Below are positions 39,872 to 50,188 of a stretch of 64,000 bases of DNA, piece after piece. The translations under genes were made by a program, and so were the position numbers. Source of the DNA: Staphylococcus phage vB_SauM-UFV_DC4. The number at the start of each line of letters is the position of its first letter. Position 1 is the first letter of the stretch. The stretch lies in the sequence record MZ779063.1, one strand, 5' to 3'. The notes below the pieces were generated by a model. That model saw nothing but the letters and a program-made list of their open reading frames with translations, had not been told where the DNA came from and made no database searches.

Positions 39872-40942
39872 ATGGATAGAGGAGATTTCTTAACAAGTTA
39901 TACAAAAGATAAAGGTTATTATACACCTGTAAATTGGAATAGAGTAGATGATTATGTAGATATTATGACATATGACACTTTAGTATCTCAATTTTGGACA
40001 TCAACACGTATTCCAGTATCTAATGATATTAAAGCTTGGTCTAATACTGATGATTTAACTAAAGGAGTAGTTAATAAAGTATTTGCTGAATTAACTATTT
40101 TAGATACACTTCAATCTCGTGAAGGTTCTGATGCTTTAATGCATAGTGCATTAACTACATTAGAAGAAGATGTATTAAGAAATATCGGTTTTATGGAATC
40201 AATTCATGCTCGTAGTTATAGTACTATTTTTACTACATTATGTACTTCAAAAGAAGTAGATGAAAACTTTGAATGGGCAGAAAATAATAAATATGTACAA
40301 AAGAAAATTAAATTAATAAATGAAGCTTATCAATCTGGAGATATTCTTAAAATTCAAGCAGCTTCAGTATTCTTAGAATCATTCTTATTCTATTCAGGTT
40401 TCTATACTCCTTTAAGATTAAAAGATAGTCTTAAATCAGTTCTTGAAATCATAAAATTAATCTTAAGAGATGAGTCTGTTCATGGTTCATATATTGGATA
40501 TAAATTCAGTAAGAGATTTGAAAAATTAAGTGAAGAAGAAAAAAATGAAACTAAAATGTGGGTAAATAACTTACTATTTGAACTTTATCAAGTTGAATGT
40601 GAATTCATTGAAGAAGTTTATACTGAAATTGGTTGGGCAGAAGATGTTAAATTATTCGCTCAATATAATGCTAATAAAGCTCTATTAAATCTTAAATTAG
40701 ATCCTATTTTCGAAACTACTGAAGAAGATGTAAACCCTATCGTAATGGCAGGATTAAAAACTTCTACAGGAAATCATGACTTCTTCTCTCAAGAAGGTAA
40801 TGGTTATTTATTAGGTAAAGCTGAAAATACTAAAGAAGAAGATTATGATTCAATCGATATTAATGAACTTAATAAGAATATCATTGATTCGTATAAAGAT
40901 AAAGCAGACGATAGATTTAGTCATAGTTACTATATAGATTAA
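39872..40942 (+). CDS. nrdF: Ribonucleotide reductase class Ib beta subunit
   Basis: 356 aa. Metal-ligand block ESIHARSYS and FLFYSGFYTP typical of NrdF/R2. Confidence 0.85.
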   Translation: MDRGDFLTSYTKDKGYYTPVNWNRVDDYVDIMTYDTLVSQFWTSTRIPVSNDIKAWSNTDDLTKGVVNKVFAELTILDTLQSREGSDALMHSALTTLEEDVLRNIGFMESIHARSYSTIFTTLCTSKEVDENFEWAENNKYVQKKIKLINEAYQSGDILKIQAASVFLESFLFYSGFYTPLRLKDSLKSVLEIIKLILRDESVHGSYIGYKFSKRFEKLSEEEKNETKMWVNNLLFELYQVECEFIEEVYTEIGWAEDVKLFAQYNANKALLNLKLDPIFETTEEDVNPIVMAGLKTSTGNHDFFSQEGNGYLLGKAENTKEEDYDSIDINELNKNIIDSYKDKADDRFSHSYYID

Positions 40943-41030
40943 TAAAAATTTTATTGAATGATTAACAAATATAGTATAATAAAAATAAAAAAGGTAATTT
41001 GTTTTTATTATGATTAATTTGCATACATTT

Positions 41031-41060
41031 CCCCTAACATTCTTAATTGATTGTTAGGGG
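41031..41060 (+). terminator. Intrinsic terminator after nrdF
   Basis: Stem cccctaaca / tgttagggg, 12-nt loop, then attttttac. Confidence 0.7.
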
Positions 41061-41132
41061 ATTTTTTACGCCAAATTTTGATCTGTAACAAAGATATATT
41101 AATTCAATTAATGGGAAAGGAGATAAAATGGA

Positions 41133-41879
41133 TTGAAACTTAAAGAACTTAAAAGAGATGGAAATTCTATTATATTCACTGGTGAAATATTAGACATTTA
41201 CATTCCAAGAGAACAATTCAAAAAAGGTTTATCAGAACATCGTGGTGAGTATATTAACACGTATGGAATGTTTCAATTTGAAATAAAAACTGAGAAGCAA
41301 GCTGAAGAAGGTAAACAAGGTGTTTTAAGAAAAATGAAATATCCTAACCCTATCGATTTTAACTATGTAGAGAATTTTAAGTTTGATGGAAAACTGTCAG
41401 ATAACATGGATTCAATACAATATGAAGTCTTTAGACTAAGAACCGGATGTCAATTTGTAGCTAATGTTAATATAGAACAATCAGCTGAAACTGTTAAGAA
41501 TTTCTTATTCTTATTCCATGCAGGTAAATTACCTACTTTTATAGATTATAATGATATTATTAAACTTCATTATGATGTATTGGATAGTAATAAAGTAAAC
41601 CTTAAATCTAATTCATTAACTTATGAATTGATTATTGCTGAATTATGTAGATATAAAGAAAATGTAGAAACGCCTTATAGAATAGCTTTAAATAAAAAAC
41701 AAAATGTTGGCCCTTTAGATTATATTAATTACAATCTTAAAAAATTACCTAACCTTAATTCTACATTTGCTTCATTCACATTTGAAGGTATGGATGATAC
41801 TATTGTGACATCTATAGGTAGAACTGCTAAAGGTGGAACAGAAAAACGTTCACCATTAGAAGACGTAATGAAATATTAA
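41133..41879 (+). CDS. Hypothetical protein upstream of the sheath gene, possibly a tail completion/terminator protein
   Basis: TTG start 12 nt after AAAGGAG. Position only. Confidence 0.35.
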   Translation: MKLKELKRDGNSIIFTGEILDIYIPREQFKKGLSEHRGEYINTYGMFQFEIKTEKQAEEGKQGVLRKMKYPNPIDFNYVENFKFDGKLSDNMDSIQYEVFRLRTGCQFVANVNIEQSAETVKNFLFLFHAGKLPTFIDYNDIIKLHYDVLDSNKVNLKSNSLTYELIIAELCRYKENVETPYRIALNKKQNVGPLDYINYNLKKLPNLNSTFASFTFEGMDDTIVTSIGRTAKGGTEKRSPLEDVMKY

Positions 41880-41902
41880 TAAGAAAGGATGAATCTAATA
41901 AA

Positions 41903-42097
41903 ATGTTCTGGAAAGTATCAAAGAATCTCTTAAAGTTATCTAGAAGTATTTTAACATTCATTGAACTTAATTCAAATAAAAAGAAATATCCACCTTATTT
42001 AGCTTTTTTAGTATTCCAGAATAGTATAACAATAGATCAAGTTCCTAATGAATTTAAAGAAGAAGTTCAATATTTATTGGATGAAAGTTTTAAATAA
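41903..42097 (+). CDS. Small hypothetical protein (64 aa)
   Basis: ORF with AAGGA SD. Confidence 0.35.
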   Translation: MFWKVSKNLLKLSRSILTFIELNSNKKKYPPYLAFLVFQNSITIDQVPNEFKEEVQYLLDESFK

Positions 42098-42225
42098 ATT
42101 ATGATTGGTATCATTGTATATACTTTTCTAAATTAAACATACTATTATAAAATTTAATTATAATATAAAATCTATTGAAATTAATCACATAGATGTAAAT
42201 ATTCGAAAGGAAGGTTACAAAACAT

Positions 42226-45200
42226 ATGGCAGACTTTATGTATCTCCATCCTTCTGTACAAACACAAATCAACTCTTATCAAAATAATTACCCTACAGCT
42301 GAAGGTCCTGTAACATTATTTGCTGCAGACACTTTTGAAAAAGGTAAAGATGGAGTTATTGATTTTGTAGGTACTGAAGAAGAATTTATTTTTAAATATG
42401 GTGAACCAAACTATACGAAATACGGTCAAGCTGCTTATAACCTCGTGAACTGGTTACGTTCTGGTGGTCAAGCTTATGTATTACGTGTATTACCTAAAAA
42501 TGCAACTTACTCTCATGCTATATTAAACGTACAAAGTAGAGTACAAAAAGATGGTAAAAAAGTTTTAACGGATGCAAATGAATTAGTTAAAATTGATGAT
42601 GTTAAAATTCGTCCAACAATTGCATTTGTTAAGAAAAATAATAGAAATATTGAAGAATTAGTTAACGAAATCACTTTAGATCGTGGTAATGAACAAACAG
42701 TAGACGGTTATAATAATAACTTCTTACTTTTAGCTTATCCAAATGGTCGTGGTGAATCTTATAATGATTTAGGTATTCGTTTAACTTTAAATACTTCATA
42801 TGACACTAGTGGTCGTACTGAACGTGTTTATAACTTAGAAGTACTTGAATTTGACGAATTTAGTAATGTTAATGTAATTGATGGCCCATTCTTAGTTACA
42901 TTTGATCCAGATTCAATTTCAGATACTGGTGAATCAATGTTCATCGAAGAGGTTGTTAATCGTTATTCTAAATACGTTAACATCAAATTTAATCTAGAAA
43001 ACTTCCAAAATCTAGCTAAAGAAATTAATCCTAATGTACATCCTGCAAGCATTGATGTTATTTCTGGTAAATCTAAAGTTAGTATTGATGGAACTCCTGA
43101 GACTTTCTACTCAGAAAAAACTAAACAATCTGAAGATATCCATATCACTTTACACCGTTACAATAATAAAGGTGTACCAGTAACTATTAGTGGTAACCCT
43201 GTATTGAATAAACCTGATTTTAACGATCCAGTTGAAAATGCATTAATTTCATTAGACAATGGTATGCGTGAAAAAACTTTCGTTACAGATTCAGATCGTC
43301 TTTCTTACATGAGAGATCAATACAAAACTTTACGTTCTGATAATTTTACAGAATTTAAATCATTATTAAATAAAATTATTGTACCGGGTAATGGTTTATT
43401 TGAAGATGATGCAGGTAGCTTACCTAAAACTATTAAAGATAATTTAGTTTCTGCAAAATTAACACAAGAAGATGTAACTGCAGATATCAATGATGAAGAA
43501 GCAGTTGAAGAAGAATTAGCTGGAAAATTCAAACCTTCTGAAATTAATTTCGGTGGTAAACCTGCTGGAGCAGCTGAACGTTTAGTTCAAGATTATAACA
43601 CTTATTTTGAAGATTCAAATGAAGAAAATCTTTCTGCAGTACTTTCAGGTACAGAAGAAATTGGTTCTTTATTATTAAACGAATTCTTAGATAACGGTAA
43701 TAAACTTAACGCTGCTTACGAATTAGTTTATAAATCTAATTCAGGTATTTCTTCAAATCCTAAATATCAAGCTGATGTTAAAGAATTACGTGATGTATTG
43801 GCTCAAAAAGACCAAATCCGTATCTTTGGTATTCAACATAAATCTAATATCTTAGATATTACAAATGATATTGCTGAATTACGTATTGGTATGAAATCAG
43901 TTACTAACTTAGAAGGTATGTCTAAAGTATTAAATGATACTGAAACAGAATTACGCTATGTAATTGACAACTTAATGCCTGCTGTTCGTGAAGGACTTCC
44001 TAAAGAAGCAGTTGACTTTATTAACACTGTTCCTGATGGTGATGATGAAGATACAGAACGTGATTTAGTTTCTCCAGAAGCTATGTTAAACTCATTAGCT
44101 GACAAACAAATGTTAGTTGACGATATTAACTTAGGATTAATGGAAGACAATGCTGCTAACCGTGAAGAAGTATTCGTAGCTTGTAATGAAATCGCTAACC
44201 AATTAGTTGATTTAATTAACAGAGCTGTTTCAGTAGCTTCTGTATATAAAGTTGCTCGTGCGGTACGTATTGCAGCTAATACAATCTATTATGATATTTC
44301 TATCTTCCGTAAAAATATTGATGAAATGATTCAAACTCGTTCTAACTATACAGAAAGAGATATTACATTGAATGCTCATCAAAATATTGAATTAGCTGTT
44401 GCTAACTTGAATAAAGCTAACTCTAAATACTTCAATACTAATCTTATTGATGTATCTAGTCCAGTTAAATTCTTATTCGGTTCTGATGGTGACTTCTCTT
44501 ATGCTGAAGACATTTCATATAAAGATCGTAAAAACTCTGTTAACCGTGAATTAATTAAAGCTTATAAAGGTTTAATTGATGAAGAAATTACAAACACTAA
44601 AGCTTATCCATTTGATGTTGTTCTTGATGCTCGTTATTCTAACGAAGTTAAGTTCGCTATCTCTGAATTAGCTAAAAATGTTCGTAAAGACTTTGTATTC
44701 TTAGCTGATACGGTTACTGATCGTTACCCAGTTAGTCCTGAAGATGCAATTAGATGGAGAAAAGAAGAATTTGCTGTTTCTTCTGAGTATACAGCTATTT
44801 ACTCTCAAGATTTAACTTACTATGATGAGTACACTGGTAGAGACATTCGTTTCACACCAACTTATCGTTTAGCTTCAATGATTCCTTATCAAGCTGTTAA
44901 CTCTGGTTTACACTTCCCAATTGCAGGACCTAGACGTGGACTAGTTGAAGGACATAAAGCTTTATCTTGGGCTCCTAATGAACCTTATAAAGAAAAACTT
45001 TATACTTCTAAAATTAACTACATTGAAAAAGATATTGATAGAACTAAATTTGGTGCACAAATGACTTCTATTAAATCTGATGGTCCATTATCTAACTTGA
45101 ACAATATCTTTACATTAAATCAAATTAAACGTGATGCAGAAACTCTTGTTTCTGATTACCAATTTGAATTAAATGATGATGAAACTCGTTCAATTATGGG

Positions 45201-45378
45201 TACAGAGTTGAATGCTTATCTTACTCGTTATGTATCTAACCGTAGCTGTGAAACTATTCAAGCTGAAGTTAGTGCAGATGAATACGATAAATCTCAACGT
45301 ATTGTACGTGTTAAAATTTCTGTTAAATTCAACAATGTTATTGAACGTATCTTCATTGACATTAATGTTGAAAAATAA
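42226..45378 (+). CDS. Contractile tail sheath protein, unusually long at 1050 aa
   Basis: N-terminal YGQAAYNLVNWLRSGGQAYVLRVLP resembles T4 gp18 YFMSAMNFLQYGNDLRVVRAV. C-terminal HFPIAGPRRGLVEG...KLYTSKINYI resembles gp18 WMSPAGYNRGQIL...RLYQEAINPV. High-expression codon bias. Confidence 0.85.
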   Translation: MADFMYLHPSVQTQINSYQNNYPTAEGPVTLFAADTFEKGKDGVIDFVGTEEEFIFKYGEPNYTKYGQAAYNLVNWLRSGGQAYVLRVLPKNATYSHAILNVQSRVQKDGKKVLTDANELVKIDDVKIRPTIAFVKKNNRNIEELVNEITLDRGNEQTVDGYNNNFLLLAYPNGRGESYNDLGIRLTLNTSYDTSGRTERVYNLEVLEFDEFSNVNVIDGPFLVTFDPDSISDTGESMFIEEVVNRYSKYVNIKFNLENFQNLAKEINPNVHPASIDVISGKSKVSIDGTPETFYSEKTKQSEDIHITLHRYNNKGVPVTISGNPVLNKPDFNDPVENALISLDNGMREKTFVTDSDRLSYMRDQYKTLRSDNFTEFKSLLNKIIVPGNGLFEDDAGSLPKTIKDNLVSAKLTQEDVTADINDEEAVEEELAGKFKPSEINFGGKPAGAAERLVQDYNTYFEDSNEENLSAVLSGTEEIGSLLLNEFLDNGNKLNAAYELVYKSNSGISSNPKYQADVKELRDVLAQKDQIRIFGIQHKSNILDITNDIAELRIGMKSVTNLEGMSKVLNDTETELRYVIDNLMPAVREGLPKEAVDFINTVPDGDDEDTERDLVSPEAMLNSLADKQMLVDDINLGLMEDNAANREEVFVACNEIANQLVDLINRAVSVASVYKVARAVRIAANTIYYDISIFRKNIDEMIQTRSNYTERDITLNAHQNIELAVANLNKANSKYFNTNLIDVSSPVKFLFGSDGDFSYAEDISYKDRKNSVNRELIKAYKGLIDEEITNTKAYPFDVVLDARYSNEVKFAISELAKNVRKDFVFLADTVTDRYPVSPEDAIRWRKEEFAVSSEYTAIYSQDLTYYDEYTGRDIRFTPTYRLASMIPYQAVNSGLHFPIAGPRRGLVEGHKALSWAPNEPYKEKLYTSKINYIEKDIDRTKFGAQMTSIKSDGPLSNLNNIFTLNQIKRDAETLVSDYQFELNDDETRSIMGTELNAYLTRYVSNRSCETIQAEVSADEYDKSQRIVRVKISVKFNNVIERIFIDINVEK

Positions 45379-45386
45379 TTAAACTT

Positions 45387-45420
45387 ATAGGATACGGCTT
45401 AATATACAGTCGTATCCTAT
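45387..45420 (+). terminator. Terminator/attenuator hairpin between the sheath and tube genes
   Basis: 12-bp stem taggatacggc / gtcgtatccta with a wobble pair, 10-nt loop, then tttattatat. Confidence 0.55.
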
Positions 45421-45531
45421 TTTATTATATAAATAAAGATCTTATATTAAATTATACGTATGAAGATGGTATATAAACTTCTATAATATACATTTATGTA
45501 AATAAGATTAATGAAAAGGAGAAAATAATAT

Positions 45532-46338
45532 ATGATTTTACCAAGTAAAAATCAGCGTGTGTTTGATAATAACATCGCTAAGAACAAGTGGTTCTATAAT
45601 GGACATATGAATCTTCAAACTCTTGAGTTTGATCCATTCGTAACTGGTTATTCATTCATAGTATGGACTAAGATTCCTTCTTGGGTTGAAAAACAATTCC
45701 CTGGTTTTAAAGCTATGACTCAAAAGAACTTTAAATCATTCCAAGGTTTAGAAAACATTGAAATGACTACAAACGATTATATGCATACGTTTAACGGTAA
45801 TAACTATCGTACAGCTGCTAGTATTACAAAAGGAAACACTGGTTTCCAAATGACTCACCAAGAATTCTCTGGTAGTCCAATTAAAAATATGTATCAATAC
45901 TGGGTATCTGGTATCCGTGATCCTCGTACTGGTATTGCAACTTATCCTAAAATTCATAATTTAGAATATGCTGCTAAAAACCATACAGGTGAATTATTAT
46001 ATATTCAAACTCGTCCAGATGCTAATAATACATCTAAAAATAATATTGAATTCGCTGCTTATTACACTGCAGTAATGCCTACTCGTATTTCTCTTGATCA
46101 CCATAACTACACTATGGAAACTCATGAAGAAGCACAAATTGAGCAAGACTTTGCAGGTAATATGGAAATTTCAGCACGTGTAAATGACTTTGCTAAGTCT
46201 AAACTTAATGAAATTTACAGCTTCACTGAACAAGGTATGTTTGATCCATCTGCACCTAAAACTGCTGGAGATAACTTATCTGATTTCGACTATAATAAAG
46301 GTGGAATCACTGGTTCAGGTAACGGAGATCTTAAATAA
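45532..46338 (+). CDS. Tail tube protein (268 aa)
   Basis: Immediately after the sheath gene. AAAAGGAG SD. High-expression codon bias (cgt/gct/ggt). No strong motif. Confidence 0.55.
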   Translation: MILPSKNQRVFDNNIAKNKWFYNGHMNLQTLEFDPFVTGYSFIVWTKIPSWVEKQFPGFKAMTQKNFKSFQGLENIEMTTNDYMHTFNGNNYRTAASITKGNTGFQMTHQEFSGSPIKNMYQYWVSGIRDPRTGIATYPKIHNLEYAAKNHTGELLYIQTRPDANNTSKNNIEFAAYYTAVMPTRISLDHHNYTMETHEEAQIEQDFAGNMEISARVNDFAKSKLNEIYSFTEQGMFDPSAPKTAGDNLSDFDYNKGGITGSGNGDLK

Positions 46339-46357
46339 TAGATTCTCTCAAATAAAA

Positions 46358-46390
46358 TCCCCTAATACTAAATTAATAGTATTAGGGGAA
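46358..46390. terminator. Bidirectional terminator between the convergent tube gene and the - strand block
   Basis: 12-bp perfect stem tcccctaatact / agtattagggga, 9-nt loop, then atatttttg. Confidence 0.7.
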
Positions 46391-46400
46391 TATTTTTGAA

Positions 46401-48566
46401 TTATTTATTAATTCTACTGTATATATGACAAAATGTTATGTCGTCTAAATTTACTGTTTCATTTAATAATCTTTCTTTCCAGTTCTCTCCAAGATCATAT
46501 ATCATTTCTGATAATACTTTTTCTGTATAATTTTGTAAAGGAACTAGTTTAGCATCATATTTACTGAATTTTCGTATATAGTTTTCATAACTTAAATCGT
46601 CAGATACATATTTAATAGATTCAAATATATAAGGTTTAAATATCATATATCTATCAAAATCCATATCATCATGAATCATCAATAATTTAGGTAAATAATA
46701 AGATTCAATAGGTACTTTAATTTCTAATCCTTGAATATTATTTTTATAATGAACTTCATATTTTAATTTTCTATCTTTCCAATCAAAATTATTAAGAGCA
46801 TAATGTATAGGTTCTTCTTTAAGGTAATAATCAATTCCATCATTACTATATGATTGAACACTATCAAACGATCTAGGATCGTTATCTGAATCAATATTAT
46901 TTAACTCATTATCTTCATTAGTCATTACATAATCTTCATATATAAAATAATAATTTTTAATATTAGGATACACTAAAGCTTTTTTATTGACATTTGAATG
47001 TTTTTTGACTGTATTTGAATTTATAATAAGAGAATCAAATAAGAAATTATTTTTGTCAGGTGTAGTTATTTGTATATCATTTTCTTTTCTAAGATAAATT
47101 TCATTGATATATTCATCTATATTCATTTCTGGAAATCTCTTATATAAACCTAATGTACATAAATTGTTATGATCTTCATGAACTTTAGCAATATAATTTT
47201 TACCATTAATATTTACTACCGCTTCTTCTTGTTTAGAATTCTTTATTTGATCATTATTAAATTTTCTTCTAAATAATATTTTGAAATCATACATTCCAGA
47301 TTCAGATAAATTTAAAGTATTCTTAACAGTTCCTGTAGTTAAAGAAAATTTATCAGATAAACTACTAACTTCTTCTATATTTGTAGTTTTATTATCTATT
47401 TTAAAAGTTTCTAAAGTTTTACCGGTTCCTTGATTATAAGAATCATTATCTATATAGAAATCTTTAATAGGTACTATAGTTCTAGTTCCTACTTTAAAGT
47501 GATTTTCTTGTTTTGAATAGAAAGGATTTTTAGCTTCAGGAACTTCAACTTCTTCTAATAATATAACGTTTATATCATTTTCTTTAGTAGAGAAGTTTTT
47601 ATCATATTCAAATTTAAATGTGTGAATTCCTTCTTCTAAATATAAAGGCGGTTCTTCAAAATATTCATCTTTAGCATCATCATATTTTTCTAATATAGAT
47701 CTAAACCATAATAAACTTTTATTCGTAGGAGTTCTAAAATAACTTCCCACATTATCTATAAATACTTTATTCACTGTACCATTATTATAATGATTTCCAG
47801 CTTTAAATCTTACTTCATAATGGGATGATTTAGGAATATTAATTTTCATTTCTAATATTCCATCTTCTATAGTCACATATCCTTTTCCTAAGAACCTATC
47901 ATAACCTGAATCTCTCTTATAAGCTCCATCAAATTCACTTTCTCTAGTTCTATAAACATCACCTAGATATGCATCATAGAATATTCTTCCATCTTCTACT
48001 AATCCATTATATATAATGCCATCTATTAATTCAGATTCTTTTAATATTTTTTGATTAAACGCATAGTCTTTAGGATAATTATTATTATCTTTATAGACTG
48101 GTGGATAAGGTTCAATTTTCACCTCACTTTCTACCAGATTGTTAAAATTTAAATCTTCATACTCAATATTACCTATATAATTGGTATCATATATTCTTTC
48201 CATTTTACCTAAGTAATTATAATATATTGTAAATAAATCATATTTTAATTCACCAATTAATTCATAAGGTCTTTCTTCATAAACTAAAACATCTTTAGTT
48301 AATTCATTTTGATTTAATATAGGATTTTCAATTCCATATTCTTTTTTAATATAGGAAGCTGATTCAAATAAATTAACCTCACCATCTTCTTTAAAAGATA
48401 ATTTTTTGTATTCATCAGAATCAAATTCTATTTTTAATAATAATTTTTCTTTCTTTTTAGTTTTAGTTGTAATCAATGGTCTATTTTCATTATCTTTAAT
48501 TTTAGTAATAACGATTTCACCATTATTATTTTTATCAATTAACTCTTCTATTCTATAAAGCTTCAT
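46401..48566 (-). CDS. Hypothetical protein (721 aa), likely a tail/baseplate component
   Basis: ORF. Last gene of the - strand structural operon containing the two giant hydrolase genes. Confidence 0.45.
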   Translation of the reverse strand: MKLYRIEELIDKNNNGEIVITKIKDNENRPLITTKTKKKEKLLLKIEFDSDEYKKLSFKEDGEVNLFESASYIKKEYGIENPILNQNELTKDVLVYEERPYELIGELKYDLFTIYYNYLGKMERIYDTNYIGNIEYEDLNFNNLVESEVKIEPYPPVYKDNNNYPKDYAFNQKILKESELIDGIIYNGLVEDGRIFYDAYLGDVYRTRESEFDGAYKRDSGYDRFLGKGYVTIEDGILEMKINIPKSSHYEVRFKAGNHYNNGTVNKVFIDNVGSYFRTPTNKSLLWFRSILEKYDDAKDEYFEEPPLYLEEGIHTFKFEYDKNFSTKENDINVILLEEVEVPEAKNPFYSKQENHFKVGTRTIVPIKDFYIDNDSYNQGTGKTLETFKIDNKTTNIEEVSSLSDKFSLTTGTVKNTLNLSESGMYDFKILFRRKFNNDQIKNSKQEEAVVNINGKNYIAKVHEDHNNLCTLGLYKRFPEMNIDEYINEIYLRKENDIQITTPDKNNFLFDSLIINSNTVKKHSNVNKKALVYPNIKNYYFIYEDYVMTNEDNELNNIDSDNDPRSFDSVQSYSNDGIDYYLKEEPIHYALNNFDWKDRKLKYEVHYKNNIQGLEIKVPIESYYLPKLLMIHDDMDFDRYMIFKPYIFESIKYVSDDLSYENYIRKFSKYDAKLVPLQNYTEKVLSEMIYDLGENWKERLLNETVNLDDITFCHIYSRINK

Positions 48567-48596
48567 TGTAATAACTCAACTCTCTTCTATAATATT

Positions 48597-50057
48597 TTAT
48601 GATAATGCACTTCCAATAGCACTGTTAGGATGAGGGTTTGCTTGAGATTTATAACCGTAAATAGTATCATCTATTTGTTGTTTAAATACTCTTCCTTTTA
48701 ACACTTGCATACTTCTTGAATACTGATTTTGCATATTAATTTGAGCTTTATCTATAATTGATAGTTGATCTCTTCTAATACCTGCTAAACAATCAATATA
48801 AGAAATTAAACCTGTATTAAATTTCATACGTTGGAATGATTTTGATGCCATTAAGTTAGGGTACATATCTCTTACATTTAGTGAAACTGTTATTTCTCTA
48901 GGGAAACCATCTGCTGTCCATGTACCTTCTTCTCCACGAACTATATTCATTGATGTTATAATACCTGTATGACATTCAAATCTACCAGGACAGTTTGCTC
49001 TAACAATGAATGGTTGTTTATATGAGAAAATAGAATCTTGTAAAGGTAAAGCTAATACCAATAATGACATGAACGGTAAATATACATTTTCAAAAATAGA
49101 TTGAGGATCTCCATACGCACTATAGAATTTAAATTCTAAGTTATAAGTACGGTCAAAAGTTGAGTTCATCCATACATCAGGATAATACATTGATGCTCCA
49201 TCTAAATTTTCCATAAAGTTACCAACTATACCACCTAATACTGGCATATTTGCAACCATATCATTAATGCTATCTTTAATAGATCTTGTAATTTTACCTA
49301 AAATAGAAGCTCCTCCAATACGAGCCATTTCTTTTTCTTCACGTATTTCTTGGTTTTTATTATTAATCTGAGAAGCTATATCAGATTGATTATACTCATG
49401 CATTGCTGATTCAGATACACTAGTAGCTTTATCCGCATAATAAGCTAAACCATAGTTTTTGTCATCTAAAGATCCACCTAAATCAAATGATCCTTTTAAT
49501 CCCATAGATGCATGTAATTGACTTCCCATGGTTTGTACGTATTTATAATATTCACTCATTTTAGGTTCAAAACTAACCATACGTCCATCTTTAGTATTAC
49601 CTATACCAACTAATCCAGCTGTAGTATTTGCCAATCTATCTAAACCTTCTCCAAAACTCCATAATTTACCTTCACCCGGTTTACCAAATAGTTTACCGTT
49701 CAATTTAGGCATACCTGGCATTATAAATACTAAAGGTAAGTCTAATTCAAATGTTCTTTTATATATTCTTCTATTAGGGTCATCTAAACTAGAGTAGTAC
49801 ATAGGCATTCCAAATACATCTAGTTCACCTTTAACATTTCTCAATTTAGTTTTATCGGAAGCACCATATTCAGAAATATTACGAGTATTACCTGTAGCAT
49901 CTTTAAATACACCTAAATCATTCTGACTTGGATCATATTCTTGGAAATCATAATCACCTTTAGTTTCATCAGGTTTAGGTATTAAAGCAATATCGTCATC
50001 ACTAATATCTAAAGGTTTCGTACTACCTTTTTCATTTTTATCTTTTTCTTCTGCCAA
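48597..50057 (-). CDS. Hypothetical protein (486 aa), likely a tail/baseplate component
   Basis: ORF downstream of giant protein B. Confidence 0.45.
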   Translation of the reverse strand: MAEEKDKNEKGSTKPLDISDDDIALIPKPDETKGDYDFQEYDPSQNDLGVFKDATGNTRNISEYGASDKTKLRNVKGELDVFGMPMYYSSLDDPNRRIYKRTFELDLPLVFIMPGMPKLNGKLFGKPGEGKLWSFGEGLDRLANTTAGLVGIGNTKDGRMVSFEPKMSEYYKYVQTMGSQLHASMGLKGSFDLGGSLDDKNYGLAYYADKATSVSESAMHEYNQSDIASQINNKNQEIREEKEMARIGGASILGKITRSIKDSINDMVANMPVLGGIVGNFMENLDGASMYYPDVWMNSTFDRTYNLEFKFYSAYGDPQSIFENVYLPFMSLLVLALPLQDSIFSYKQPFIVRANCPGRFECHTGIITSMNIVRGEEGTWTADGFPREITVSLNVRDMYPNLMASKSFQRMKFNTGLISYIDCLAGIRRDQLSIIDKAQINMQNQYSRSMQVLKGRVFKQQIDDTIYGYKSQANPHPNSAIGSALS

Positions 50058-50098
50058 TATTATTCACTTCCTTTAATTTCATTTATTTTGAAATAATA

Positions 50099-50138
50099 TA
50101 TGCGGATATGACATATAATAAACTGTCATATCCGCATA
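50099..50138 (-). terminator. Hairpin (attenuator or terminator) after the giant B gene
   Basis: 15-bp perfect stem tatgcggatatgaca / tgtcatatccgcata with 10-nt loop. U-rich run on the - strand. Confidence 0.5.
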
Positions 50139-50188
50139 ATCTTTACTATATAAAAGAGTTGTTCTTCTATTTATTCAAATTATTAACT

